Below the pieces are notes generated by a model. It saw nothing but the letters and a program-made list of their open reading frames with translations, did no database searches and was not told the DNA's origin. The translations under genes and the position numbers were made by a program. Positions 27,279 through 38,002 of a stretch of DNA of 64,000 nucleotides are shown here, one piece after another. Origin of the DNA: Candidatus Latescibacterota bacterium (lineage in GTDB: Bacteria > Latescibacterota > UBA2968 > GCA-2709665). Within the stretch, counting starts at the first letter, position 1, and the number at the start of each line of letters is the position of its first letter. The stretch is taken from the NCBI GenBank assembly GCA_965203805.1, contig OZ241917.1, forward strand, positions 3,648,001 through 3,712,000, read 5' to 3'.

Positions 27279-28211
27279 TCAGGGGCAGGATGTTTCAATC
27301 AGCTTCTCGTCAACCGCATCGGCCACGGCTTCGATGAACGTGGGATCGCTATTCATGGACGCAATACGCCTCACGTCGACCCCCCGCGGTCTCGCGATCT
27401 CCTGAAGGCCGATATCGATATCGTACAGAATCTCCACGTGGTCGCATACGAATCCGATGGGCGCCACGAGCACCTGCCGGTATCCCTGATCGGCAAGGTC
27501 CGGGATCACGTCCTCGATCTGAGGGCCCAGCCACGGTTCTCCCGTATGAGCGGCGCTCTGATAGGAAAACATCCAGTCCACGCCTCCAAGGCGTTCCGCC
27601 ACCGCGTTCGCATTTCCCATCAGTTCGTCGTCGTAGGGATCGCCCATCTTCAGCAGGCGCGCCGGGAGGCTGTGCGCCGTAAAAACGACCTTCACCGCAT
27701 TCAGCTGCGTCCCGGAGAACGACGCCAGGCCCGCGCGAACGTGTGCGACCTGGGCATCCAGCAACGCCGGTTGCTTCCACCAGGAATTCACGAACGAGAA
27801 CCGTATCCGGCTACCCGCCGTCTTCGCGGCCGCATCGACCGCCTCCCGGTACCGTCCGATGCTCAGGCGGGAGTAGTGCGGGGCCATGACAATGGCCACC
27901 CCCTCCTCCACGCCATCCTCACTCATCCGGCGCACCGTGTCCCCAATCCGGGGGGACCAGTGCCGCATGCCCACGTAAACGCGCACATCACGCCCGCGAG
28001 CACCCAACGTCCGCTCGGCGCACGCCGCCTGTTCAAAGGTGTTTTCGTTGAGCGGCGACCTGCCGCCGATCTGCGCGTACCGACGCCTGAATTCCTCCAC
28101 GAATTCGCGGGACATCGGCCGCCCGCCCCGGATATCGTCCAGGTAAGCCTCCATGTCGTCCAGGGAATCCGGACTGCCGTAGGCGAGCATCAGCACCGCT
28201 TTTTTTGCCAT
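27279..28211 (-). CDS. hemH: Ferrochelatase
   Basis: YGSP, GGRSPL, GMRHWSP, FTAHSLP, YQS...WLGP, GFVCDHVEILYDID. Confidence 0.95.
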   Translation of the reverse strand: MAKKAVLMLAYGSPDSLDDMEAYLDDIRGGRPMSREFVEEFRRRYAQIGGRSPLNENTFEQAACAERTLGARGRDVRVYVGMRHWSPRIGDTVRRMSEDGVEEGVAIVMAPHYSRLSIGRYREAVDAAAKTAGSRIRFSFVNSWWKQPALLDAQVAHVRAGLASFSGTQLNAVKVVFTAHSLPARLLKMGDPYDDELMGNANAVAERLGGVDWMFSYQSAAHTGEPWLGPQIEDVIPDLADQGYRQVLVAPIGFVCDHVEILYDIDIGLQEIARPRGVDVRRIASMNSDPTFIEAVADAVDEKLIETSCP

Positions 28212-28217
28212 TGTCAG

Positions 28218-29249
28218 CTATCCGTACGCGTGCACGAAGTCGACCAGCGCGGCCACGTGCTCGACCGGCGTGTGTTGCAGGATGCCGTGGCCGAGGTTGA
28301 AAATATGACCAGGCCGCCCCCGGACGCTGTCCAGGATCCGGGCGGCCTGCATCTCGATCACCGGGACCGGCGCGAACAGCACCGCCGGATCCAGATTCCC
28401 CTGCACGGCCACGTCCTCTCCCAACCGGTCCCATGCTTCGTTCAGTTCAATGCGCCAGTCCACCCCGATTACGTCGCCGCCCGCGCGCTTCAGGAGCGGC
28501 AGCATACCAGATGTTCCCGTTCCGAAATGGATCACCGGCACGTCGCACGTGTCGGCGACCGTCTGTATCGCCCGCCGTGTGTGCGGCAGAACGTATTCCG
28601 CGTAATCCGCGGGGCTCAACGCGCCCGCCCAACTGTCGAACAGTTGCAGCGCCTGCGCCCCGGCCGCGGCCTGAACCCGAAGATAGTCTCCAACGGCGGC
28701 GGACATCTTTTCCATCAGGCGCCGCCATGTCTCCGGGTGCTCGTACATGAGGGCCTTTGCAATCCGGTAGTCGCGCGAAGCGCCGCCTTCCACCGCGTAA
28801 CAGACGAGCGTGAACGGCGCGCCGGAAAACCCGATCAGCGGAACCCTTTCGTCCAGCGCGCGGCGCACCTCGCGAATGGCCGCCGCGGCGAAGTCCATGG
28901 TGTCTGCCGCGGGACGAACGGTGAGGGCTTCCACGTCCGCAGCCGTCCGGACCGGGTTGTGGATCACGGGACCCGCCCCCCCGATGTACTCCAGTTCCAG
29001 GCCCATCGGCTCCAGGAGCGGCAGAATATCCTGGAAGATAATGGCCGCGTCCACGTTAAACGCATTCACGGGCTGCAACGTGATCTTGGTGGCGATTTCA
29101 GGCGTCTTCACCATCTCAAGAAAGGCGTGCCGTTCCTTCAACTTCCGGTATTCGGGCATGTAGCGGCCGGCCTGGCGCATCAGCCAGACGGGCGTCGCGT
29201 CCACCGCCTCGCGGCGGCATGCTTTCAGGAAACGGTCGGCTCGGGACAT
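28218..29249 (-). CDS. hemE: Uroporphyrinogen decarboxylase
   Basis: [43 protein letters not shown]. Confidence 0.97.
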   Translation of the reverse strand: MSRADRFLKACRREAVDATPVWLMRQAGRYMPEYRKLKERHAFLEMVKTPEIATKITLQPVNAFNVDAAIIFQDILPLLEPMGLELEYIGGAGPVIHNPVRTAADVEALTVRPAADTMDFAAAAIREVRRALDERVPLIGFSGAPFTLVCYAVEGGASRDYRIAKALMYEHPETWRRLMEKMSAAVGDYLRVQAAAGAQALQLFDSWAGALSPADYAEYVLPHTRRAIQTVADTCDVPVIHFGTGTSGMLPLLKRAGGDVIGVDWRIELNEAWDRLGEDVAVQGNLDPAVLFAPVPVIEMQAARILDSVRGRPGHIFNLGHGILQHTPVEHVAALVDFVHAYG

Positions 29250-29457
29250 AGGCAGGGGATCGCGTCAGGATTCGTTTTGCAGCCCGACAGCGGACAATTG
29301 TAGCGAGACAAGGACAACAGTGGCGAGGGATTCCTGATTGCGCGGTTGAAAAGGGGTCGCGGTCCTCTTGCCGCTCCCGTCTCCCCGTTTCCGGATTCAA
29401 ACAAAGCAGGGGCACGACGTTCCGTGCCCCTGCCGAATCGCAAAGCCCAGCCCGCTG

Positions 29458-30075
29458 CTACGCATCAAGGTCGTTGAAGTGTGTAACCACCTTGCTGATC
29501 AGACCGTATTTTACCGCTTCCTGTGCGGACATCCAGTAGTCCCGGTCCGTATCTTCCACGACTTTGTCCAGCGGCTGGCCGGTCTCCTGTGCATACAGTT
29601 CGTTGATCCGCTCGCGAAGGATGAGAATCTGTTCCGCCGTGCGTTTGACGTCTTCCGCGGTGCCCACCATCCGCATGGAGGGCTGATGGATCATGATTCG
29701 CGCGTTCGGCAGGGCGAACCGGTTCCCTTTTTCCGCGGCCAGCATGATCACCGTGGCCGCGCTGGCGGACAACCCCACGCTGACGATTCTCACCGGCGGG
29801 CGAATGAAGCGAATCAGGTCGTATATGGCGAAGCCGTCGTCCGCGCTGCCCCCCGGCGAGTTGATCAGAATCGTAATCGGTTTTTCCGGATCGTCGCTGT
29901 CCATCAGCAACAACTGGGCGATCACCCGCGTTGTCAGCTTGTGGTCGATCGGATCGGATATCAGAATGGTGCGCGCCTTGATCAGGCTCCTGACGACGAA
30001 CTCGCCCTGACCCCCGGGCTGCGCTTCCTCTTCTTCTTCCTCCGCCGGATCTTCGTTCAACAGGTACTCGTGCAT
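29458..30075 (-). CDS. clpP: ATP-dependent Clp protease proteolytic subunit
   Basis: INSPGG, SASAA (catalytic Ser), IMIHQP, DRDYWMSA; acidic N-terminus. Confidence 0.92.
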   Translation of the reverse strand: MHEYLLNEDPAEEEEEEAQPGGQGEFVVRSLIKARTILISDPIDHKLTTRVIAQLLLMDSDDPEKPITILINSPGGSADDGFAIYDLIRFIRPPVRIVSVGLSASAATVIMLAAEKGNRFALPNARIMIHQPSMRMVGTAEDVKRTAEQILILRERINELYAQETGQPLDKVVEDTDRDYWMSAQEAVKYGLISKVVTHFNDLDA

Positions 30076-30267
30076 CGCAACCTCTTCTTCCCACAAATCA
30101 TCATGATTCGTCGTTTTTCGGGTACCTTAATTCGAATATACGCACCGGTTTGCCCACCATTCAGGCCCGCTCAATTTATCCTATCACCCCGGCATTGTCA
30201 AGGCCATTCCCCTGAATTGAACGCCTGCGCGAATGGCGCGCGAGAACGCGGGCGCTTCCCCCGGAGC

Positions 30268-31527
30268 TCAGCTTTCCGACATCGCCGCGCTGAGAATCCG
30301 TGAGGTGCCGGGCCGCATGATGCGCGGGTCCACCGCCTCCCCCTTCAGCAGCATCTCCCGCACCTGTTTTCCTGAGATGAACACGGGCTGCTCGTCCGGA
30401 TGGCTTTCCATCAGGTCCACCCGTCCCAGCGATTCGTAGAACGCGGCGAAACCCACGTTCAGGGGGCGGATCTCCAGGTTTCCGTTCAGGCGGTCGAACA
30501 CCTCCTGCGCGTCGAAATCTCCCCAGATGGGGCTGCCGTCGTGATAGGGCGCATCGGCGTGTTTGCGACCGATGATGATGTCGGTGAAGCCGAAGTTCTG
30601 GCGGTAGATCGCGTGCATCACCGCCTCTTTCGGGCCTGCGTAGAACATCTTGATATCCAGGCCGATGAGAATCACCCGGTCGGGCACGGCCTCGCCCCTG
30701 GGTTCCCACAATCCGGCATCGCTGTCCCCCTCCCCCAGACCGCGGGACTCGATCAGCGCCTCGTAGGTCCGCATCCGGATTTCCGCGTTGACGTCGTCGG
30801 ATTTGGTTTCTCCCACCAAGGGGTTCAGACATGCCCCGGCGTCGATCCCTTTCCGAATCAGGGTTTCCAGTCCGTGGACCAGGGCGTACTCGTGAGCCCG
30901 GTGCAGCGGGTTGCGGGTCTGAAACGCGACCACCCGACGCCAGCCCGTTTCGGAGAGGAGACGACGGACCTCCGCCGGCGTGTGCATATATCGCCCGAAC
31001 GCGGGATGCTTCGGTTGCGGCAAACCCCTGATCGTGCCGCCCAGAAGGTGGGTCTTGTCCGCATCTCCGTTCAGAACCATATCCGCGCCGGGATGGTCGG
31101 TCCGTTCCGTGAGGTAGACGCTTTTCAGATACGCGTGCTTGTCCCAGGGGAAGACGTCGCTGATCTCGAGAGTACCCGCAAGCTCGCCGTCCGGCCGCTC
31201 AAGGGCAACCGTCTGCCCCGCCTCCAGCTGACCGGCCAGGTCGCTCGAAACCGGAAGCGCCAGGGGAATGGTCCACGCGTACAGCTTCCCGCCGGAATCG
31301 ATGACACATTCGTCGAGCACTCTGTGATACGTCTCCGCGTCCATCGGACCGGTGAGCGGACTCAGCCCGCCGTCTCCGAAACGGTAGACCGTGGACAGAT
31401 CGGCCTCGCTGACCGGAACGCGTGTCAGCTTCGACGCGTTCTCGCGAAAATCGTCCTGCTCGTCGTCCGGAACCATGCGGCAAACCGGCGCCGGCAGCCC
31501 CCCATGCGGCGGTATCAGATCGGACAT
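30268..31527 (-). CDS. sat: Sulfate adenylyltransferase
   Basis: [47 protein letters not shown]. Confidence 0.95.
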   Translation of the reverse strand: MSDLIPPHGGLPAPVCRMVPDDEQDDFRENASKLTRVPVSEADLSTVYRFGDGGLSPLTGPMDAETYHRVLDECVIDSGGKLYAWTIPLALPVSSDLAGQLEAGQTVALERPDGELAGTLEISDVFPWDKHAYLKSVYLTERTDHPGADMVLNGDADKTHLLGGTIRGLPQPKHPAFGRYMHTPAEVRRLLSETGWRRVVAFQTRNPLHRAHEYALVHGLETLIRKGIDAGACLNPLVGETKSDDVNAEIRMRTYEALIESRGLGEGDSDAGLWEPRGEAVPDRVILIGLDIKMFYAGPKEAVMHAIYRQNFGFTDIIIGRKHADAPYHDGSPIWGDFDAQEVFDRLNGNLEIRPLNVGFAAFYESLGRVDLMESHPDEQPVFISGKQVREMLLKGEAVDPRIMRPGTSRILSAAMSES

Positions 31528-31640
31528 AGGCGAGACAATCCTCCAAATGGCAAAAGTTCCAGGTTCATCATTCAGCCCCGGCGTTCACGGCAATGTGCGG
31601 TCATACGTGCGCACACACTCTAAGGAAGGCAATATGAAGA

Positions 31641-31855
31641 TGGGGCGGACATTCCTGTCTGCCGTCTCACCAACCTTCTGCAGGAAGGGAGACGACAGTA
31701 ACGCTTCCGTCGCGAAATCATCCAGCAAATGCGTGCGCCACTCGCGTGCTTGGACCCTCGGAAAGCCGGTTTGAGGGTGGGGCAGACATTCCTGTCTGCC
31801 AGCCTTTCCCAGCACCGCTCCCTGAGCCTGCGGTGCCCTGAGCTTGTCGAAGGGT
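31641..31855. repeat. REP-like hairpins
   Basis: TGGGGC(G/A)GACATTCCTGTCTGCC at 31641 and 31778; CCCTGAGC twice, including CCCTGAGCTTGTCGAAGGG (31820-31855). Confidence 0.65.
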
Positions 31856-32000
31856 CGGTGCGGGACCCACCGAATCAGAAAGCGGTAAATATACCGTAAA
31901 ACCCATCGCAGGGCAAAAAAGATGCGCCGAAAATGGGCGAGAGAAAGCTGTTTGCCGAGCGGTTTCTATCGATATCTGTGCATCGGAAGGTACAATTTAA

Positions 32001-33310
32001 GGAACCTCTGATCAACCAGAGGGAATGAGCAAGTTGTAACTTATGGGTCGTTTCGGAGGCTGTTTATGTTGAGAGGGTCGTCATCTTTCGGGTTTGCACG
32101 GGTGATTCCGGCCCCGGATGCGCTCGGTGCCGGCCATTTTGGCCGCCAGCGTCCGAATTGGAGGCACGGGTGCCTATGTAGTAGCCAGTTCCTGACGTGC
32201 CATATGGAAGTTAGCCAAGGCAAACAAGGTGAACAGATGCGCCGTATTCTTCGCCAGACCGCGATACCTGACCTTTCGGTAGCCCCACAGGTGTTTGATG
32301 ATCCCAAAGGGATGTTCCCTGTCTGCGTGCGTGAGACAGCACGCACAGGCAGGGACCCGTGCGCGCGTGCGATTGCTCTTCTTGTTGAACGAAACATCCG
32401 CGCAGTTGAGCCGCTTGCCCCGGCGGGCCTTGCGAAGCACTCGCCATTCCACGTCGTTGGCTTCGGCCCGTTCTTTTCGCGTCTGATCCGCATAGGCCTT
32501 GTCGCCGTAGATGGTCTTTTCTTTTCCGTGCAGACAGGCATCCATCGCCTGCGAATCATGCACCGAAGCGGGGGTGGTCACCACACTGTGCACCCGTCCC
32601 TTCACATCCGCGCCCACGTGCGCCTTCATGCCGAAATGCCACGTGTTGCCCTTCTTCGTGCTGGCCATTTCAGGATCCCGTTTCCGATCCTTGTTCTTCG
32701 TCGAAGAAGGCGCGTGAATGATCGTGGCATCCACGATCGTGCCTTCGTTCACGATCAATCCCCGCCTGGACAAGTAGCGCTTCGTTTGCCGAAACAACGC
32801 TTCCGTCAACCCATGGTGCTCCAGAAAGTGACGGAATTTGCAGATCGTCGTCTCATCAGGTACGCCGTTGATGTTCACACCCGCAAAGCCCTGCCTGCAG
32901 CAGGCAGGGACGCATCGACTCCACGTCGTAGAGACTGTCTTCCATTCCCGGATCGCTCAATCCATACCATTGTTGCATAAAGTAGATACGCAGCATCACC
33001 TCCGCACCGATCGGACGACCTGCCTGCGCCGACTCGGCAGGCAGGCGACCGTTGCCAGGTTTCGGATACTTCCTCTCAATCGATTTAAGCAGTATCTCCC
33101 ACGGCAACACCGCATCCATCTCTTTCAGAAAACGTTCCCTGCGCGTCTGCTTCTTCTTCGTCCTGTACGCCAGATCCGAAAAACTCATTTGTTTCATCCC
33201 TGGGCCCCTCGTTCTATGTCGATCCATCAGAAATCACAACACGACGGCTCACGCTCCAATTCTACGACTTTCTGCATGGCGTGCCAATAGGTAACTTAAT
33301 CAGAGCTTCC
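32001..33310 (-). mobile_element. IS5-family insertion sequence
   Basis: Terminal IRs GGAACCTCTGATCAA / TTAATCAGAGCTTCC (13/15), flanked by a TTAA target duplication (31997-32000, 33311-33314). Confidence 0.93.
32174..33197 (-). pseudogene. IS5 transposase disrupted by three mini hairpin inserts (36, 19 and 27 bp)
   Basis: TRRERFL, PDETTI, IVDAT, WHFGMKAH, YGDKAY, EHPF, KVRYRGL. Removing 82 bp of inserts gives a continuous 942-bp ORF. Confidence 0.92.
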
Positions 33311-33539
33311 TTAAGATATGGAAGATATTGAGGGTCACGCTTGTTTGTCTTGACATCATGCTTAGGGTGATAATTTCGCGTGGATTCGGGTTGACAACGT
33401 CACTTCCGGGCCGTACGATAACAACGGGTGTTGCGTTTTGCGACATGCGCAACGCCATGAATCGCCTCGATGGATTGCCGTGACTGTTACAAACCGACAG
33501 GAGGTCCGAAAGTCTCCCGTCAATCCGCATTGATCCACT

Positions 33540-34646
33540 ATGACCCAGCGATTACCATATTCAAATCAACTGGATATCGCAACACTGAGTAGATTGTTCA
33601 AGCATACGACCAATTCGTACAAGTATCTATTTTTTATGTCGTTGCTGACGATGTTAAAGGATAGGCATTTCCTGGTCGAGGATGGCATTGAGCTCAGCGA
33701 AATTGAGATCGAGATGCTGGTTACAGCGTGGTATCCACATGTTTTTTTTAAGTTGTCATTTGGCACGCAGGACCAGATCGCTCAGGTACTGAATTCTATC
33801 GAGTACATCGGGGATGACAAAGATTACCTGTCATCAACGGGGCGCAGGAAATTGCGGAAACATCTCTCCCACAATAGTAAGTCGTCGGATTACAAATTAA
33901 CGCGTTTCGTCCCGTTTCGAATACTACGCCCGTTTTTCTCCACGGAAACGAGAGGAATACCAGATCAAAGGGTGAACCGAGAGGTCTCCAGCCTTGCCGC
34001 CGAACATTTCCATGTACGACGCCCTCTTTTTCGCTTCGACAATTGTGAGAGAAGGATCTTTATGCATACGGATTGGGTTGCCTATTTGAAAGAACATCAG
34101 ACGATTCTCGAGGGGTGGGGGCTATGGCATTGGTCAGAATATATGCAGCGAAGGAATCCAGGTATTCCCGCTGTAACGCGAAAGTTGTTTCCCCCGGATC
34201 GGAGAGCGCCACTCTATGCACAGCGTAGGTTCTGGGATGCTGCGATTGATGAAACGAACATACGATGCATCTACACAGGGAAGAAGCTGGTTCACGGTTA
34301 TGAATTGGATCACTTCCTGCCGTGGAGATTCGTAGCCCACGATCAGTTGTGGAATCTCATACCCGTCGATTCCCGGGCGAACAGTTCCAAGAGCGACCAG
34401 ATTCCGTCAGAGATTTACATCGACCGCCTGGCTGAAATCCAGAGTGACGCGCTATCTATTGCAAGGGACAGCATGAGCGATGCGAAATGGAAGAGGGAAG
34501 TTGAACCCTATTCCACGGACCTTTATATTAAGGATGTTGAAACTCTGGATCGCGAGAAACTTAAGTCTGCATATTGCAGAACGTTGAGGCCGCTGATGTC
34601 AATTGCGGAACAACAGGGGTTCCAAAGCGGGTGGACTTACAAATGA
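33540..34646 (+). CDS. HNH endonuclease domain protein
   Basis: N-terminal TTNSYKY; C-terminal CIYTG...LDHFLPW...LWNL...ANSSKSD; lower GC than core genes. Confidence 0.8.
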   Translation: MTQRLPYSNQLDIATLSRLFKHTTNSYKYLFFMSLLTMLKDRHFLVEDGIELSEIEIEMLVTAWYPHVFFKLSFGTQDQIAQVLNSIEYIGDDKDYLSSTGRRKLRKHLSHNSKSSDYKLTRFVPFRILRPFFSTETRGIPDQRVNREVSSLAAEHFHVRRPLFRFDNCERRIFMHTDWVAYLKEHQTILEGWGLWHWSEYMQRRNPGIPAVTRKLFPPDRRAPLYAQRRFWDAAIDETNIRCIYTGKKLVHGYELDHFLPWRFVAHDQLWNLIPVDSRANSSKSDQIPSEIYIDRLAEIQSDALSIARDSMSDAKWKREVEPYSTDLYIKDVETLDREKLKSAYCRTLRPLMSIAEQQGFQSGWTYK

Positions 34647-34816
34647 GTTTTTTCCATCGTATAGTGAGAGTTCTTGATCGCATCATACCCTCACAGGTTA
34701 ACCGCACGGCCAGGACTCCCAATGCCGAGACCATTGATGCACTTCAGCAAACACGCGCTGGATCGGGTCTCAAGGAGTACGCTGACCTGGACGCGCTCAA
34801 GGCGGACCATGGTTGA
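34643..34816 (+). CDS. Small protein resembling the C-terminal part of RelB/DinJ antitoxins
   Basis: ATGA overlap with the HNH stop; TPNAETIDALQQTRAG...YADLDAL. No toxin gene follows. Confidence 0.45.
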   Translation: MSFFHRIVRVLDRIIPSQVNRTARTPNAETIDALQQTRAGSGLKEYADLDALKADHG

Positions 34817-34986
34817 GATTTGTGCCTCTTTTCGCGTCGAATCGCCTTGAATAGCGCTTAAAGCACGCCGCAACGTTTGATTAATTCTGGACTTGCAAGA
34901 GAAGACTCCCGGAGGCCGAATCGCCGGGGGTTCTTTGTGTCGCGCGGTTTTCGGGGTGACTGGCGTACCGATCTCCTGGCGCCAGG

Positions 34987-37900
34987 TCAAAACGACGTGC
35001 CGAGGTGGAGGTGGGGAACGGCCCCTTTGGGTTCGGTGAAGCCGTATGCCGCGCCGATGCGGAAGCGGAACGGCACACAGAGCATGCCGACTGCGTACAC
35101 GACCTCGCCACCGGCGGCCAGGAGCGGCTGCGGCCTGGCTGCCTGGAAGTCATTTCGGCCCCACGCGTTGCCGGCGTCTGCGAAGAGCGTGAGAAACACT
35201 CGGTCAAGGTGCAACAGGTCCGTCCGAAAGGCGCGGTTCGCCAGGGTAGCCGGCAGGCGGAGTTCGAGCGACGCCGTCCAGGCCCGCCGTCCCAAGCGGG
35301 GCGTCCCTTCGTATCCCCGAACAGGAAACACACGCCGGCCCGAGCCGCCGATGCTGAAATGTCCCCTGCCGCTGCCCGGGCCGCGCGCGATGCCCGCGCT
35401 TGCCCGGAGCGCCAGCACCGGCGCCGCGAATCCGCCGCCGGGCAGCTTCATGTATGCCCTGACGTCGCCGGTTGTGTCGTCCAGCGACCGGTCATCCGAT
35501 GACGCCCGGTCCATGTCGATGCGTCGCCTGGCCAGGACGGAGAATGACGCGCCCGCCGCCTGCCCGATCTGAAACGCGTGGGACCGGGCGGTCGAGGCGC
35601 GGAAGCGGACCGCGACTTCGCCCAGCGTGCTCGCGGGGCTGTCGAATTGAGTCAGGTCCTTCGGGTTCAGCGCGGAATCCATCCCCTCCCGGTCTTCCCT
35701 CACAACGCCGCCGGAGAGCGTGAGTGAAAGGTTGCTCCACGCCCTGGGGCGCGCCATGGTCATCGACAGTGCCGCATAGCGTGTCCGCTCGAGAACAAAC
35801 GTGGTGTCGACCGGTGCGTCGCCGTTTTCTTTCCTCACCCTGACGCGTTCCTCGTCCCAGTTCTGCGACACGGTCAGGCCAAGCGCGGGATTGCCGAGCC
35901 CGGCATACCGGTACGCCAGAAAACCCGCCGCTCTACCGCCCGAATATCCTCCAGTCGGGAGAAAAGCGTGCGCAGTCAGGGCATACGTGTGTCGTCCCAC
36001 GAGGTCCACCCCGGAGGTAAAGGCGCCAACGGACGCGCCGAGGACCTTCGTCCGTGGCGTTGTCCCGCTCCCGGCGCCCGAGAAGGAAACCGACCCGATG
36101 GGTATCCAAAAGCGCGGCAGCAGGGTCTGCAGCGGCGACCAGGCGCGTATTTGACCGCCGGCAGGGGCCGGGGAGTCACTTGCGACGGCCGCGACCTCAC
36201 GAGCGGTTCTGCCCGCGGCGGTGTCTGTCGAATCGAGAGTGTGTTCAGGCGCCGGAGGGGCGTGGTCCGGATCGAACGGAATGCGTTCGACCTCCCATCC
36301 GTCCACGTGGTACCCGGAGATAAAGAGCCACTTCCCCGACGGGTCCACGCTCGGCATGGCGGCGCCCGTACGGACGTTCGTGAGCATGACCGGCGCCGCG
36401 GCCTTCGCACCGTCGAAACGCGCCGCGAGGATGTTCAGAATGCCGGTCCGGTCGGACGCCCACACCAGCCACCGCCCGTCGGGGCTCCACGCGGGTGCGA
36501 AGTCCAGCGCGCGGTCCCGGGTGACCTGGCTGACGAGGCCGCCGCGTTCGTTGAGGACGACAATGTCTTGATTCCCGTCCGCCCAGCGGGTCGCGGCAAT
36601 TCGCCGGCCGTCGGGTGAAACCGCGGGCAATGCCCAGTAGACGCCGTCTTCCGGGTGAACCAGTGTGTCGATAGCGCCGGTATTGATATTGACGCGGACA
36701 ATGCCGTTCGTCCCCTCTCCCTCGGCAACGGCGACCGCCCAATTCCCCGGTCCGGCCGACGGTGCGCTCAGACGGGCGCCGGTCGTCAATCGGTGCGCCG
36801 CGCCGTCCGGCGTCACCCGGTAGAGGTCTCTGAATCGCCGGTACCGCCCGGAGAATTCCAGCTGATCGACGACAATTTCGCCGTTCGGCGCGAACGTGAA
36901 CCGGCGTGCGCGGATCCGCGCGATTGTCGATTCGCCGCCGCCGCTCGGGCTCGCCGAAACGAGCCTGGTATCGGATCGGCCATCGGAGCGGATGTAGATC
37001 AGGGCCGATCCATCCGGCGACACCTTCGGATGGTCCGCATAGCGGGCGCCATCGGTGAGTCGTTCAGGTTCGGTGATCGCGCCGAATTTCGCGAGCCGGG
37101 CGTCCAGCCCCGCCGCCGAGTCCCGCCACGCATCCGCCCACGCGGCCCATTCGTCCGACAGGCTGACGCCGAAGGCGCTTCTTCCTGCCGCGTTCAGCCG
37201 ATAGGGTATCCACTGGTTCTCCACGGCCTCGACAAAAGCCGCCATCCGGTCCCGCCCGTGCTTCCGCAGGAGGTGTTCGAAGAACATCGGTCCGTACGTG
37301 TACGCGCGATTTCCGCCAGGCCATTGCGGCGAGGAACCTCCCGCCTGGCCGATGGACTCGAAACGGCCTTCCAGCGCTGCCGTCCGCAGCACCATGTCGT
37401 TAAAGGTTCCCAGTACGCGGCCTCTGCCCGTGAGCGCGGACTCATACCACGTCCCGATGCCCTCGATGACCCACCGTGGCGATGTCAGGGCAGGAAAACC
37501 GAAAATCGGCGCGGGAATCCTGCCGAGCAGCCACCGAAGGTTGTACCGGCCGGGCCGGTCCAGGTGAAAAACGTGGGTCAGTTCGTGCACGATCAGAAGT
37601 TGCTGCCAGTCGTCGAAGTAACCGAGCTGGAAACTGTCGACAGGCGGACGTGCGAACAGGACGATGCGGTTTGAAGGGAACGGGGTCGCGTACCCGTTGG
37701 AGACGTCGGTGTGATCGGTGAGGACGATGTCGATCGGTCCCTCCGGCCCATGGACGAAATGTTCGGACAGCCGCGCGTAGGCCCACTCCGCCTGCCCGGC
37801 CGCCCGGCGGGCAAGCGCCTCGAGATGTCCGGGGAACGTAACGCGGAAGTGTTCCGTATCGAGAGTGCGCCAGGGTTCGTCCGGCGGGACAGGCTGCGCC

Positions 37901-38001
37901 GCAACCCGCGCGGCGCAACAGGCGATGCACGCCAGCAGGAGCGGCAGCACCCGCCGGGCAGGGGACGCCGGACTGCGCGATGTGAAGAGAGAGGATTTCA
38001 A
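34987..38001 (-). CDS. Outer-membrane protein with zinc-peptidase-like domain, PD40/TolB beta-propeller and Omp85-like barrel
   Basis: Signal peptide; WRTLDTEHF, HELTH, PRWVIEG; repeated P.xSPDG motifs; FPVRGY and terminal Phe. Confidence 0.75.
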   Translation of the reverse strand: MKSSLFTSRSPASPARRVLPLLLACIACCAARVAAQPVPPDEPWRTLDTEHFRVTFPGHLEALARRAAGQAEWAYARLSEHFVHGPEGPIDIVLTDHTDVSNGYATPFPSNRIVLFARPPVDSFQLGYFDDWQQLLIVHELTHVFHLDRPGRYNLRWLLGRIPAPIFGFPALTSPRWVIEGIGTWYESALTGRGRVLGTFNDMVLRTAALEGRFESIGQAGGSSPQWPGGNRAYTYGPMFFEHLLRKHGRDRMAAFVEAVENQWIPYRLNAAGRSAFGVSLSDEWAAWADAWRDSAAGLDARLAKFGAITEPERLTDGARYADHPKVSPDGSALIYIRSDGRSDTRLVSASPSGGGESTIARIRARRFTFAPNGEIVVDQLEFSGRYRRFRDLYRVTPDGAAHRLTTGARLSAPSAGPGNWAVAVAEGEGTNGIVRVNINTGAIDTLVHPEDGVYWALPAVSPDGRRIAATRWADGNQDIVVLNERGGLVSQVTRDRALDFAPAWSPDGRWLVWASDRTGILNILAARFDGAKAAAPVMLTNVRTGAAMPSVDPSGKWLFISGYHVDGWEVERIPFDPDHAPPAPEHTLDSTDTAAGRTAREVAAVASDSPAPAGGQIRAWSPLQTLLPRFWIPIGSVSFSGAGSGTTPRTKVLGASVGAFTSGVDLVGRHTYALTAHAFLPTGGYSGGRAAGFLAYRYAGLGNPALGLTVSQNWDEERVRVRKENGDAPVDTTFVLERTRYAALSMTMARPRAWSNLSLTLSGGVVREDREGMDSALNPKDLTQFDSPASTLGEVAVRFRASTARSHAFQIGQAAGASFSVLARRRIDMDRASSDDRSLDDTTGDVRAYMKLPGGGFAAPVLALRASAGIARGPGSGRGHFSIGGSGRRVFPVRGYEGTPRLGRRAWTASLELRLPATLANRAFRTDLLHLDRVFLTLFADAGNAWGRNDFQAARPQPLLAAGGEVVYAVGMLCVPFRFRIGAAYGFTEPKGAVPHLHLGTSF

Positions 38002-38002
38002 A

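Noticed and set aside
31654-31800. CCTGTCTGCC copies as members of the mini-insert family
   Set aside because: They are the right arm of a different hairpin (GGC(A/G)GAC-attcct-GTCTGCC) and lack the CAGGCAGG end.
33016-33048. CGA on both sides of the 27-bp insert as a 3-bp target duplication
   Set aside because: IS5 transposases natively read GNGRRP, so both Arg codons are original; the other two inserts in the gene show no duplication.
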